DNA of 63,728 nt, the filler included, from Octopus bimaculoides (lineage: Eukaryota), in the NCBI RefSeq assembly GCF_001194135.2. It is 7 parts of 7 records of this genome, joined end to end, with 100 filler letters (N's around TTAATTAATTAA, not from the genome) between each part and the next. Parts side by side here need not be neighbours in the genome. Positions count along the whole stretch, not along the records: positions 21,001 to 32,133 come from NC_069002.1; positions 32,234 to 52,523 come from NC_068987.1; 5 more parts are not named here. One strand, written 5' to 3'. Under the pieces are notes generated by a model. That model was given only the letters and a program-made list of their open reading frames with translations. It was not told where the DNA came from and ran no database searches. The stretch's first letter is position 1. The number at the start of each line of letters is the position of its first letter. Below, in pieces: positions 27,829 to 39,566 of the stretch. The position numbers and the translations under genes were made by a program.

Positions 27829-28001
27829 GAAAGGAAAAACTAAGTTGGACCACCCCAAAAGGGGTAAACAAAAAATATATAAACAACATGATAAGTGAAA
27901 TCAATTTATAAATAAATATAAATTCATTTGACTTACTTTATCATGTTGTTTGTATATTTTTGCTTATCCCTTTTGTGGTGGTCCAACTTAGTTTTTCCTT
28001 C
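27829..28001. repeat. Fold-back inverted repeat (arms of about 75 bp, short AT-rich loop)
   Basis: gaaaggaaaaactaagttggaccacc...aaacaacatgataag pairs with tttatcatgttgttt...ggtggtccaacttagtttttccttc. Confidence 0.85.
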
Positions 28002-29980
28002 ATTCCTTTTCTTCTCTCTTCCTTTTTTCTCACTATTTGTTTCAGAGTTTTTCATGAGAAATAAGAGGTCTTTCATTTTCAAGTGTTTATATCTATATTA
28101 AAACCCATTATAATTTTAATATAATTGCAGGCATTGTGTGTGGTTAAGAAGTTTGCTTCACTGCTGTGTGGTTTCAGAATCAGTTCCCTGTGCAGCACCT
28201 TATACAAGTGTCTTCTAGTAGAGCTCCAAGCTGATCGATGTAGTATCATTGAATTTAGTAGATGGAAACTGCATGGAAGTCCTATCAACATCATTTAACA
28301 TCTATGTCCCATACTGGCATAGACTGGATGGTTCAACAGGATCTGATGAACCAGAGGACTGTGTTGAGGTACAATGGCTACTTTAGCATGGTTTCTATGG
28401 CTGGATGTCATATATGTGTGTACGCATGCATGCACATCTTTGTGTTTGTTCCCCCATCATCACTTGACAACTGGAGTTGATTTGCTTACACCTCCATAAG
28501 TTCAGTAAAAGAGACTGATAGAATAAGATTTTAAAAAATTAGCACTGGACTGAATTTGATCAACTAAACCCTTCAAGGCAAAGCACTAGCCTAATCACAG
28601 TTCAATGATTGAAGTGAGTAAAAGAATAAAGAATTTTCAACAGCAAATTCTGTTGATTGGGAATTCTGGGACATTCATTCATAAACCACCAGTTCTTCCT
28701 AACTATGGTCCTGCCATTTTGTGGCATCAGGTGTTACCAGAAATCATACAAACACTACCAATAATTTAGTTAACCAAACTTAAGTCTAAAATATGTACGA
28801 TACACAAATTTGAGGTTTACTTCTATAGATGGGTGAGAAACATATAATTGACCATGGCTTGCAGAACTGAGATCAAACATCCTTTGGGATAAAATCTGTG
28901 CAAGGGTAAAATATTACCACAACAACAACATGAACATTATATATTTCAGCCAAACCCTATGAGAAGCATGATTCATACATGATTGCTTCCAATCATTCCA
29001 AATTAATAAGCAGCTTGATGGATAAATTAGCTAACAAAGTCTCTTGTGGTGTATTCTATATCGTCATCCTCCTCATCACCATTTTACTGTTCATGTTTTC
29101 ATCCTTGCTGGATGCCTTTCCTGCAGCCACCCCTCACCTGTTTCTAAGCAAGGTAATAATTTCCCATGGCAGAATTGTTAGCACACTGGACAGAATGCTT
29201 AGTGGCATTTCATCTGCCTTTACATTCTGAGTTCAAATTCCACCAAGGTCAATTTTGCTTTTCATCTTTTGGGGGCTGATAAAATAGGTACCAGTTAAGT
29301 ACTGGGACCAGTGTAATTGACTTACTTCCTCCCCCAAACTTATTGGCCTTATGCCAAAATTTGAAACCAATATTTTCCCATGGTTGAACATGTTTTCATG
29401 GAAACCTGAAAATGAAAGACACTGCTAGTATGACAGTTACACTCACAATTATCACACAATGTCAAGACAAGAAAACACAAACACACACACGCAAACATAT
29501 ATGATAGGCTTTTTTCAGTTTCCGTGAACCAAATGGGTAAGTGGCTTTAGTAAAAGCCACTTACCCAAGGTGCGATGCAGCGAGACCGAACACAAAGCTA
29601 CCCATACAGTTTCTGTCTACCAGTTTTACTAACAAAGTATTAGTCAGTCTAAAGCTTTGAACCTGAAATCACATGGTTGTGAAGGGATCTTCTAAACTAC
29701 ACAATCCTGCCTATATCTATGGTAAATTCTACTTTTTAACACCCATTTTCTCATGTTAACATGGGTGGGATGGTCTTGGAATATTAGATATATACATAGT
29801 TGTTGAGTTGAATTATATTGTACAGCTTATATTCCTTTCTTAGTGGTCACCATGAAAGCTTGAAGTTGGAGAGCAAGCTAGGAGATTGCACTGAGCAGAT
29901 TTATGCATCTTTGACAAGAATATAATGTAAAGGCAATATAAACAGTAAATGTTATTAAAACAAAATTTAATATATTTTTT

Positions 29981-30137
29981 TTAATATAAACATTGTAGAA
30001 AATGCCGTTTAGCATCTCGAGAAGCTTTCAATAATTGTTTTCGGTAATTCAGAATATCATTTAGATATTCATAATATTTTAACATGTTTTGGTTCTTCAA
30101 GTGTTCTGTGGTGAACTCCTTTGTTCGTAACATATAC
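29981..30137 (-). CDS. Candidate terminal exon of an unidentified gene
   Basis: A strong pyrimidine-rich acceptor (cccaccttctttgttgcag) is followed by a 51-codon open frame in very AT-rich DNA: YMLRTKEFTTEHLKNQNMLKYYEYLNDILNYRKQLLKASRDAKRHFLQCLY*. I did not recognise the family. Confidence 0.45.
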
Positions 30138-30559
30138 CTGCAACAAAGAAGGTGGGTTTAGAATAGGAAGTATAGTAATAAAGGTGGTGGTGGTGACAGT
30201 GGTATTAGTTATGGTGGTGGTGGTGATGGAAATGTGTATACATGAATATGATAATTAAATTATTATCTGAAAAAGAAATATCCTTCTGAAAAATAAAATA
30301 ACTTCTAATGGCAAATAGCAAATATTAGCTGCATATATAAATATATATATTATCATCATTGAATGTCCCCTTTTCCATGTTTGTATGGGTTAGAAGGAAT
30401 TTGTTGGGTAAATTTTCTACAGCCAGATACTCTTCTTGTCACAAATCCTCACTTGTTTCCAACCAAGATAATATTTCCCATTGCCAGACAATTTAGGTGT
30501 ATATATACACACACACACAATATGTATGTGTGTGTATATATCTATGCACAGGAGAGCCT

Positions 30560-30848
30560 CGGCTAGATTGCTTATGGGCAAGGAACATAGAGACAAATTC
30601 TTCTGGGTGGGAGGGAAGTAGTGATGAGTTAGGTAGTGTAGGTATACTTTTGGCAGAGAATTGATGGATAAGGCTATCAAGGTAGTCAAGGTGCATTATA
30701 AAATTATTAAGCTAAGAATAGTCTTGTATAATTTAAAAGTAACATTTATCTCTGCATATACTCGATATGTTGGATTGGCAGATGATCAAGAAGACCATTT
30801 ATATGAGTACCTTTTGAAGATTACCTCAGCAATGAAAGACAAAGACCT
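30560..30848 (+). mobile_element. RTE endonuclease fragment
   Basis: DKAIKVVKV...KLRIVL...FISAYT..VGLADDQEDH is homologous to 15860-16000. Confidence 0.75.
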
Positions 30849-30850
30849 TA

Positions 30851-31596
30851 TTGGGTTGGTGCATAATTATTGCAGCTTTTTTCAGCAAATTTTATTCAAC
30901 AAAAACACTAACAATATTTAATGAAAACATCTTTAAATGACGCTCAGCTTTTTTCATAAAAATGTGAATCAAAAATCATATCCACATTTGTCATATTATG
31001 CTCTACCGCTTCGAGAAAGCACAGTCATTTTGTGATCTCAATGAATATTTCAGAATATTTCTTAAGCTCTCTGTTAGTACAAATACACCAGGTTAATAAA
31101 AAGGTTTCATGGTTTTGATATTGGTACAGAACTCCAGGTAATCCTAAGGCAAGATCTGAAGATGGAGTCCATCACCAGTCAACTTCGTAAATCTATGTTT
31201 CTATTCCCCAGTTAATTTTGTATGTTTCCACAGAGTGATATACAAAAACAAAAAGGCTCACTATTTATGCCTTTTCCAAATAAAACGGTTTTTAATAATG
31301 ATGTAATGTACCCTTTAATCAAAAAATTTGTCAGAAACAGCTGTAATGAACCTATCTGTCGCTTGTTATTTATTTATGGTTCACCTCTCTCGGAACCTGC
31401 TCCTCGTGTGTTCCAAAGTATATTATGGACCATATATTTAACACAATGTACATTTCTGGATTAGCCCAAGAGTTAGTAATATACACAGTAGAGTTCAGTT
31501 AATTGTATACATAACCTGAATAGCTTTCTGCCTGTACTTTGTTACCAACATTTGTATTAGTTGCTGTTTATGAATTTTAATGTTGACCCAACCCAG
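30851..31596 (-). mobile_element. Internally deleted mariner element with TA target duplication
   Basis: TA|ttgggttggtgcataattattgc at the left and tgttgacccaacccag|TA at the right. Minus-strand remnants include GKGINSE..C and PSSDLA/DY. Confidence 0.7.
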
Positions 31597-31644
31597 TACC
31601 TTACCATTTAAGTGCCTGATTCACCTCAATCCTAATATATTGTG

Positions 31645-31701
<57 letters not shown>

Positions 31702-31814
31702 GTTGTTTATGTTGTTTATAGTTTCAGCTTAGAGCTGCGGCCATGCTGATGCACCGCCATGTGATATATATATATAAAGGGCATTACTACACAGTTAATG
31801 CCCTTTATATATAA

Positions 31815-31905
31815 CTAGCAGAAATACCCGGCGTTGCCCGGGTTAAAGAGAATAATGAAATCTAAAAACGCCGTCTAGACTACGCATCATCTTTATATAT
31901 AGAGA
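31815..31905 (-). mobile_element. Minimal 91-bp non-autonomous Helitron
   Basis: Minus strand: A|TCTCTATATATAAAG...CCCGGGCAACGCCGGG...CTAG|T, inserted between A and T. Confidence 0.75.
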
Positions 31906-32233
31906 TGTATATACACACACGCACCCAAACACACGTTTATATATGTATATCAATATAAATATATGAAAGTCAATGAAGTTTCGTAAAAGAAGGTGATCAT
32001 GTACATACTTTCTTGCTGTTGTGATTATAACACCTCATTGTAAACTATGTTCCTTGTTTTCCCTTGTGGAGCATATACAAATAGGTTTTTTGTTGCTGCC
32101 CACTCTTGAGCAGCCAACATACAGTTGTCCATGNNNNNNNNNNNNNNNNNNNNNNNNNNNNNNNNNNNNNNNNNNNNTTAATTAATTAANNNNNNNNNNN
32201 NNNNNNNNNNNNNNNNNNNNNNNNNNNNNNNNN

Positions 32234-33610
32234 TGTATGATGCATGTGTATGAACATCTATGCTTCATGGCAGTGAAACATGGGCCGTGACTGCTGAGGA
32301 CTTGCGTAGGCTCGCAAGGAATGAAGCCAGTATGCTCCTTTGGATGTGTAATGTCAGTGTGCATACTAGACAGAGTGTAGTACCTAGAGAGAAAAATTGA
32401 ACCTAAGAAGCACCAGTTGTGGTGTGCAAGAGAGACGATTGCACTGGTATNNNNNNNNNNGCCTCTCACTCAGAGTAAAAGGCAGACTGTATGATGCATG
32501 TGTATGAACATCTATGCTTCATGGCAGTGAAACATGGGCCGTGACTGCTGAGGACTTGCGTAGGCTCGCAAGGAATGAAGCCAGTATGCTCCTTTGGATG
32601 TGTAATGTCAGTGTGCATACTAGACAGAGTGTAGTACCTAGAGAGAAAAATTGAACCTAAGAAGCACCAGTTGTGGTGTGCAAGAGAGACGATTGCACTG
32701 GTATGGTCGTGTGGCAAGAATGGATGAGGATAGCTGTGTGAAAAAGTGCCACAGCCTAGCAGTTGAGGGAACCTGTGGAAGAGGTAGGCCCAGGAAGACT
32801 TGGAATGAGGTGGTGAGGCATGACCTGCAAACATTGGGTCTCACCAAGGCCATGACTTCCGACCAAGACTTTTGGAAATATGCTGTGCATGAGAAGACCC
32901 GGCAAGGCAAGAGAGAGCATAATTTGTGACCCTTGCCAGAAGTGTAGCCAGCTCACTAATTTGTATCTTTACTTCATTGGACACTTGCGAAGAGCTGTTG
33001 AGGCAAGTGAATTTGGAATTTGAAATCTGAAATCGAACCGAATCCGACGACTGGCACCCATGCCAACATCTCCTTCATTGGACACTAAACTCTGCTTGCA
33101 AAGACCTGTTGGGGCAAGTGAAATTGGAATCGTAATTGAACCATATTCGATGACTGGCACCTGTGCCAGTGGAGCATTAACAGTGCTGTCCGAGCGTGTT
33201 CATTGCCAGAGCAGCTGTCTGGCTTCCGTGCTAGTGGCCTGTAAATAGCACCATTTGAGCATAATCGTTACCAGCATTGCCTTCTAGCACTCGTGCTGGT
33301 GGTACGTTAGAAAATCATTCGAGCGAGGTCGTTGCCAGTGCCGTGGACTGGCTCCTGTGTAGGTGGCACGTAAAAAACACCTTTTTGAGCATGGCCGTTG
33401 CCAGGACCGTGTGACTGGCCCTCGTGCCGGCGGCACGTAGAAGCACCCACTACAATCTTGGAGTGGTTGGCGTTAGGAAGGGCATCCAGCTGTAGAAATT
33501 CTACCAGATCAGATTGGAGCCTGGTGCAGCCTTCTGGCTTGCCAGTCCTCAGTCAAATCGTCCAACCCATGCTAGCATGGAAAGCAGACGTTAAACGATG
33601 ATGATGATAA
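32234..33610 (+). mobile_element. RTE LINE 3' end plus tail; 32234-32450 duplicates 32488-32704
   Basis: SETWAV...RRLHWYGRVARM...GRGRPRKTW, followed by the repeated tail and (GAT)n. Confidence 0.9.
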
Positions 33611-34069
33611 TGATGGTGATATATACATACATGTTATTATCGAAAAGTTACAATAAGTGCTCAACACTGCATTGGTGGATAAATGTTCTTTATTCATGGG
33701 TTAATGAAATTACCATAGGTTTCGACCCCATTGTTATTAATAATAAAGATGTGCTATATTCGTTCTTCGTTTTCTAACTTGCACCATGTATGTGTGTGTG
33801 TAGCCTAGTGTTTAAGGTGTGGCACACACGATCATGAGCTCGTAATTTCGATTCCCAAAACGGCGTTGTGTTGAGTTTTTTGAGTCCGTCTCAAGGTGGA
33901 GAATGTTGGCCAAGCCAGTATGGTGTGGTATCATCCGAGAGCTGAAAGAATAAAAAGGATGCGCATTGTGATCAGCAGTGTGTAACAACACCTCATAGTT
34001 TTATTTTGTATATACATATATGTATGCAGGCAGGCAGGCAGGCAGGCATGCATGCATGTTTGTATGTAT

Positions 34070-34325
34070 TTATTTATTTGATCGTAATTTCTTATTTCTT
34101 TATTGCCCACAAGAGGCTAAACATAGAGGAGACTAACAAGGATAGACAAATGGATTAAGTCGATTACATCGACCCCAGGACGAAACTGGTACTTAATTTA
34201 TCGACCCCGAAAGGATGAAAGGCAAAGTCAACCTCGGCGGAATTTGATCTCAGAACGTAACGGCAGATGAAATACCGCTAAGCATTTCGCCCGGCATGCT
34301 AACGTTTCTGCCAGCTCGCCGCCTT
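34070..34325 (-). mobile_element. tRNA-derived SINE (second family), full length, with target duplication; tandem partial copies at 56935-57255 and a degenerate copy at 29169-29370
   Basis: The minus strand has B-box-like GAGATCAAATTCC and the core CTTTGCCTTTCATCCTTTCGGGGTCGATAAATTAAGTACCAG. tgatcgtaatt flanks both sides. Confidence 0.85.
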
Positions 34326-34743
34326 ATGATCGTAATTCATGTATAATTGTAAATATTATGTTATTTGCAGCATTCAGTTTTCCTCACTGGTTTCTGTAGC
34401 ATTAAGTCATGTTTGGGATCAATCTAATCTTTGTTTCTGTGTATGGTAAGACGAGACAGTCACAATCGGAATCTATCAACCTGCCAGAGACCACCCAGTT
34501 TCTATGACATAAATTTACTGTTTTAAAGTGACCTAAATTATAATCTACCGTCAAAATTCTTTGCTAATTTGTTCCAGACACCAACTTAACAATGAGAAAG
34601 TTATTTTATTAAATTTTTCATTATCTTAAAAATTAATTAAAACAAAGGCAGCATATGTTTACAGAAATATAGAAAGAAATGGGTTAAACCCGCAACTACA
34701 ATCCAGCGCATATAGCAGGTTTATTATGACTGTAAGGTAGCAT

Positions 34744-34975
34744 TCAATCCCCCACTAAAAGTAAAGGACGAGACATTCCTAGGAATACTTCTAGACATCG
34801 AAAGAAATCTGACCAACCTGTTAGAGGCGGTGCATAGACTGCTAGGAGTTGAAAAGTGCACTCATCGCTGCCGTCAACATTCAGGACAATCAGTCTACCC
34901 TCCGGGTCTGCGAATATCGTCTTTACTTCAAGATCCAGACTCTTGAGATAAAGTACCGCAGTGCCGTATTGGGGC
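34744..34975 (-). mobile_element. APE endonuclease fragment of an L1/Tx1-like LINE
   Basis: GTAVL...EGRLIVLNV...LLAVYAP...LLLVGD*NA, a GDxNA motif with a stop. It is divergent from the RTE copies. Confidence 0.75.
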
Positions 34976-36291
34976 AGACGGATTTTAGTGTGTGCTGCAA
35001 TGTTGGTGTGATGTGGTAAATTTTGATGCGTTCTGGTGCACGTGTGGTTGCTCGTTTTAATGTCGTTTTCTGTAATGCTTGCCTTCGATTTCATCGATTT
35101 TGTGTTGTAAGTGTTTATAGCTGTGAGCATGGTTTTCATGGTGTTGGTGTTGTTTGTATTAGAGTTGGAAATGTCTTTGGGAGTTGTGTATCTCCCTGTT
35201 TTGTTGGTGTTTGCTTTTGGTCTTTTTTTGCTCCTCTTCCTCCTTCCTTTTCTGGCTATTTGCCATTCCTCACTACTTTCGTCTTCCAATGATAGTTCTG
35301 AGGAATCGGAAGGGGATAATGGCATGTTGTAAGCGTCTGTGTGTGTTTCTGTAAGTGGTTGTGTTGTTGTTTCCGTTGGTGTTGGTTATTTGGGTAAGGT
35401 GTATGCAATATAGGGGAGGGGGAATCAATTTTTGCATCTTCTTATGTTTTTCCTGTATTTTCCCTTCTTGGTGTTTTTCCAGGAGTTGTTTTGTTGTTGA
35501 TTGTTGGTGTTGTTTTTATTGTCTTTTGTGTTGAAGGTGGCGTGGGTAGCAAGGGGATTTTTTTCCAGGGTTTGGTATTGGTCGTTGTTGTTGTTTTTTA
35601 GATAGTTTAACCTATCTAATACAAGCCAAGGTTACCAAATTCACTGTTCAAAATACTTTCAAAGGTGGGCTAGTAATAATAAGTTCTACTAAGGAATTTT
35701 TATATAAATAGCATGAGACATTTTGGTTTTCTCCTCTCTTAAATTCCAGCCTTCCTTTAGTATTCCTGTTGTTTTCGATTGATGCATAGATATATGTTTA
35801 TATGTATGTATACTGTAAAGTGTTAATATGTATGTATAATATAATATATATATATTATAAAAATATGTTAGTGTTCTTTAATTTTTGAACGGTTTTGCTG
35901 CCATTTGTTTATGTAGCCTGATTTCTTTATCCATTAGTTTCTACTAAGACAGAGACACGAGTAAAATTAATAATAGACAAATGAAAATAAAACTTTGGAA
36001 ACAACCTAAAGGAAGATAATTGAAAAATACTTGAAAGTGAACGTGAGATCGTAATCACATAAAGTAAAGTAAATATAACAAATAATCCAGAATCCTTGTC
36101 CGGTATCAGATCGATCCCAAAATCTAATTAGTTCGTGTCAGTCAAGAGGCCAAATATTTTGAAAGTTTCATCTGAATTCATCCAACGGATCTTGAGATAT
36201 CTTGTCCACAGACAAACGAAGAAACACAACTTAAAACAATACCTCAACAACTGAAACCAATAAAAAATAATTAAAGAATACTAATATTTAC

Positions 36292-36380
36292 CACAGTAAT
36301 TCTTCATCATTGTATCATCAGCCTCCTTCAAGTCTTTGCAATCAGTATTCTCAAAACAATTCAGATATTTGGGATGGTAC
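36292..36380 (-). CDS. Cysteine-rich secreted protein, copy L, exon 5 (domain 2, second half)
   Basis: ttcttttctccag|G TAC CAT...TAC TGT G|gtaaat. The 89-nt exon enters in phase 2 and exits in phase 1, giving YHPKYLNCFENTDCKDLKEADDTMMKNYC. Confidence 0.85.
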
Positions 36381-37069
36381 CTGGAGAAAAGAACAAAATA
36401 GTAATAAATTTCTATAGGTGGAGGTATGGCTGTGTGGGAAGAAGTTTGCTTCCCAACCACATGGTTCGAAATTCAGTCTAATGTGCCACTGCATGGTACA
36501 TTGGTCAAGTGCCTTCTACCATAGCCGCAGGCTGACCAAAACCTTGTAAGTGGATTTGGAAGACAGAAGCTGAAAGAAGCCTGTTGTATAAATGTGTGTG
36601 AGTGTGTGTGTGTGTGTGTGTGCATTTCAGTCTGTGTTTGTCCCCCACTATTGCTTGACAACCAGTGTCGGTGTGTTTATGTCCCTGTAACTTAGCAGTT
36701 CAGCAAGGAAAGCCTGATAGAATAAGTACCAGGCTTAAAAATACAATTACTGGGGTTGATTCATTCAACTAAAAGTTCTTCAAGGCCGTCCACCAGCATG
36801 GCCGGTCTAACGAGTGAAAGATAAAAGATATATATTATTTGCACCATATTTTGTAGCATACAAGTTGAATATTTCAGACCAAAATTTAAAACCAAAAAAG
36901 TAAGTCAATGTGTATTCCAAGACAACTTTGGAGGACCAAACATTTCATGTGAAACAGAGCAGGATTTTAAAAGATAGTGATGAAGTTTGATTGCTTACAC
37001 TATATACTATGTCAACTTGTATGCCAGAGAATATGGCATGTATTCCATATTTCCAGTGGTACAGCACTT

Positions 37070-37560
37070 CAAAAGCCATGACAAAACTGCAGCTCAATCA
37101 AGAGCATGCTCATTGTTGTTTTTTAAACATCTGTGGTATTCTTTGCCCAGGGCCAGACCATCAATCAAGTGTTCTATTGTAATATTTTGAAGCATTTGAG
37201 GAAGAATAATCGGTGAAAACAACCTGATCTGTAGAGCATGAAGAATTGGATTCTTCATCACAACAATGCAACCTGTCACCGAGCTCTCCTTACATAGGAG
37301 TTTCTTGCCACAAACAACATGGTATCACTTCCACACCTGCCATATTCACCAAATTTAGCACCTGCGGACTTTCATCTTTCCCCAAGATGAAAATGCAGCT
37401 CAAAGGTCACCATTTTAACACCGTTGTCAAGATCCAGAGTGAATCACTTACAGAAAATTACTACCAAGCTGGATTTGAAAAATGGCAGTGATGCTGAGAC
37501 CTGTATATTGGTTGCGCAAGGCGTTGATGTTAGAACTTAGGTAGACAGGTTATTTTTTAT
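37070..37560 (+). mobile_element. Mariner transposase C-terminal fragment (second family)
   Basis: WILHHNNATCH...LPHLPYSPNLAPAD..FPKMKMQLKGHHF. Confidence 0.8.
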
Positions 37561-37695
37561 TAAATATAACTAGTCCAGGAACTGTGTGATACCATCTCTC
37601 ACAGAACAGTTAATAAAATTTAGTAATCTTGTATGTTACAAAGGAGAAGAGGAAACTTATTATTTTAGGAGTGTCTATTCATTTAAGACAAAGTA

Positions 37696-38739
37696 TCAGG
37701 TTATCCCATAAGTTCTGTCCGATTTTACCATTTTTAAAATTGAATGAAATTTAATAGTATTTTAAAGTGTCCAATGGAATTAAAAATTATTTTTATGCAT
37801 TTGTGTACATTTATACTAATTGAATATTATTTTACAGAATAATAGAATTAAAATTTCTTTGATTACAACACTTTCTAACATGGAAGTATCCAAAGAGCAT
37901 TTGAGGCACATAATGCTTTTTGAGTACAAAAAAGGAAACTCTGCAGCCAAAGCGACTTGAAACATACACTCAGTTTCCAGGAAAGAATGCTTGAATGAAA
38001 GAACTTGCAGAAGATGGGCTGCAAGTTTCAGAAGATGGGTTGCAAATTTCAAAAGTGGAGATTTCAGCCTTGAAGATGAAGATCAAACAGGACATCCTGT
38101 TCAGTGTGAGGATAAGCTCCTTGAGGCATTACTTGGAGAATATCCTCCATTATCAGTTGAAGAATTAGCAATAAAGCTTAGTTCAAACCATACAACTGTT
38201 CATCGTCGTCTTCATCAACTTGGAAAGGTTCCTAAACTTGAAAAATGGGTGCCTCATGAATTGTCCAAAAGCAACTGCCAATCCTGAGTTGACATCTGCT
38301 CTTCTCTCTATTCTCACGAATGAAAAATGGAGCTTTAGTGAATCAAAAAGCAGTGATGTTTCATCAGGACAGTGTGCAACTCCACACTGCAAAGATCAAA
38401 TCACAGAAGATCGAAGAGCTTGGTTGGGAAAAAATAACTCATCCACCTTATTCTCCCAACCTTGCTCCTTTAGACTACCATTTGTTTCGTAGTTTACAGA
38501 ATCATTTAGGGGACATAACTTTTGCAAGCCAGGAGGAGATCGAAACTGACATTTCAGAGTTCTTTGCTATGAAAGCAAAAGAGTTATACATTGATGGGAT
38601 TAAAAAGCTTGTAAATAGATGGAAGGAAGTCATAAATAATCAGAGAAAGTACATTGATGATTAAATTTCAATTAAATATAACATTTGATCTCTTGTATTC
38701 TTTATTCAAAATTCAGACAGAACTTATGGCATGACCTGA
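37696..38739 (+). mobile_element. Mariner element with both TIRs and TA duplication, defective
   Basis: TA|tcaggttatcccataagttctgtc...gacagaacttatggcatgacctga|TA. Translation: MEVSKEHLRHIMLFEYKKG...WVPHEL...HPPYSPNLAPLDYHLF. It has stops and a deletion removing the first catalytic Asp region. Confidence 0.95.
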
Positions 38740-39026
38740 TACATTACAACCATGACCCTCCCATCTATTTTTCAGACCCTGCTACCCCATGATTACAGCA
38801 CTCAGTCTGTGCTCTATTCATTGAGACCTTTATTTCACTGGCCCACTGAAAGAACTTCAATACCAGCAAGATCTCTATCAAATCACAATCTACTGCCTTA
38901 AAAGGGAAGGATACATGAAACGTGATGTTTTCAAGAAAAACATTAAAAGATTGCTGCTGTCTCAGATTGAAACAGTACAATGTGTTATGTGGCACTTTCA
39001 AACTGAGTAATTTTAAATAAACTTAC

Positions 39027-39111
39027 GAGCAGTAAGAACCATTATTCTTTATCATATCACTGTATACTTCAAGTTTGCATGCTACCACCTTAGTGAGTTC
39101 ACATTTACCCT
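39027..39111 (-). CDS. Cysteine-rich secreted protein, copy L, exon 4 (domain 2, first half)
   Basis: ttttatttttccag|AG GGT AAA TGT...TAC TGC TC|gtaagt. The 85-nt exon runs from phase 1 to phase 2, giving GKCELTKVVACKLEVYSDMIKNNGSYC. Confidence 0.85.
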
Positions 39112-39303
39112 CTGGAAAAATAAAATTAATTTAAGATCTCATGTTACAATTTAAACATAAACATAGTATTTTATAATATGATATTCTTTAGTCACTCTCA
39201 AAAGTCCCTTTAATGAAAAATTGTGGCTTTTTTTGTTTTGCTTTGTTTTTGCTTGACTTTGTTTTTTTCCTTTTGTTTTTACATTTAGATCTTTTGTTTA
39301 GAT

Positions 39304-39566
39304 CAATAGTTCTCCACTGGGGTACATATGACCCTTTGGTGGGGTCCACATAAGATTTTGTAGCTAAAATTTACATGCAATAAAGTGGTTATACTTTTAC
39401 AGTACACAAAATATTTTAACAATTTTTTTTTTAATACAGTTCCAAATAATATTTAATTATGAAAATATTGAAGGATTTTTTAAAACATTGAATGCTTAGG
39501 AGGGTCCATGCAAGTAAAATAGGGATCAAGGGGGCCCATTGGTAAAAAAATAATTGAGAAACCCTG
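39304..39566. mobile_element. hAT-type MITE with 8-bp target duplication
   Basis: GTTTAGAT|caatagttctcc...tgagaaaccctg|GTTTAGAT. Confidence 0.75.

Noticed and set aside
32234-32704. Apparent tandem duplication of 217 bp of RTE sequence
   Set aside because: The two copies are identical and sit either side of a 10-N gap at a contig end, which points to an unmerged assembly overlap.
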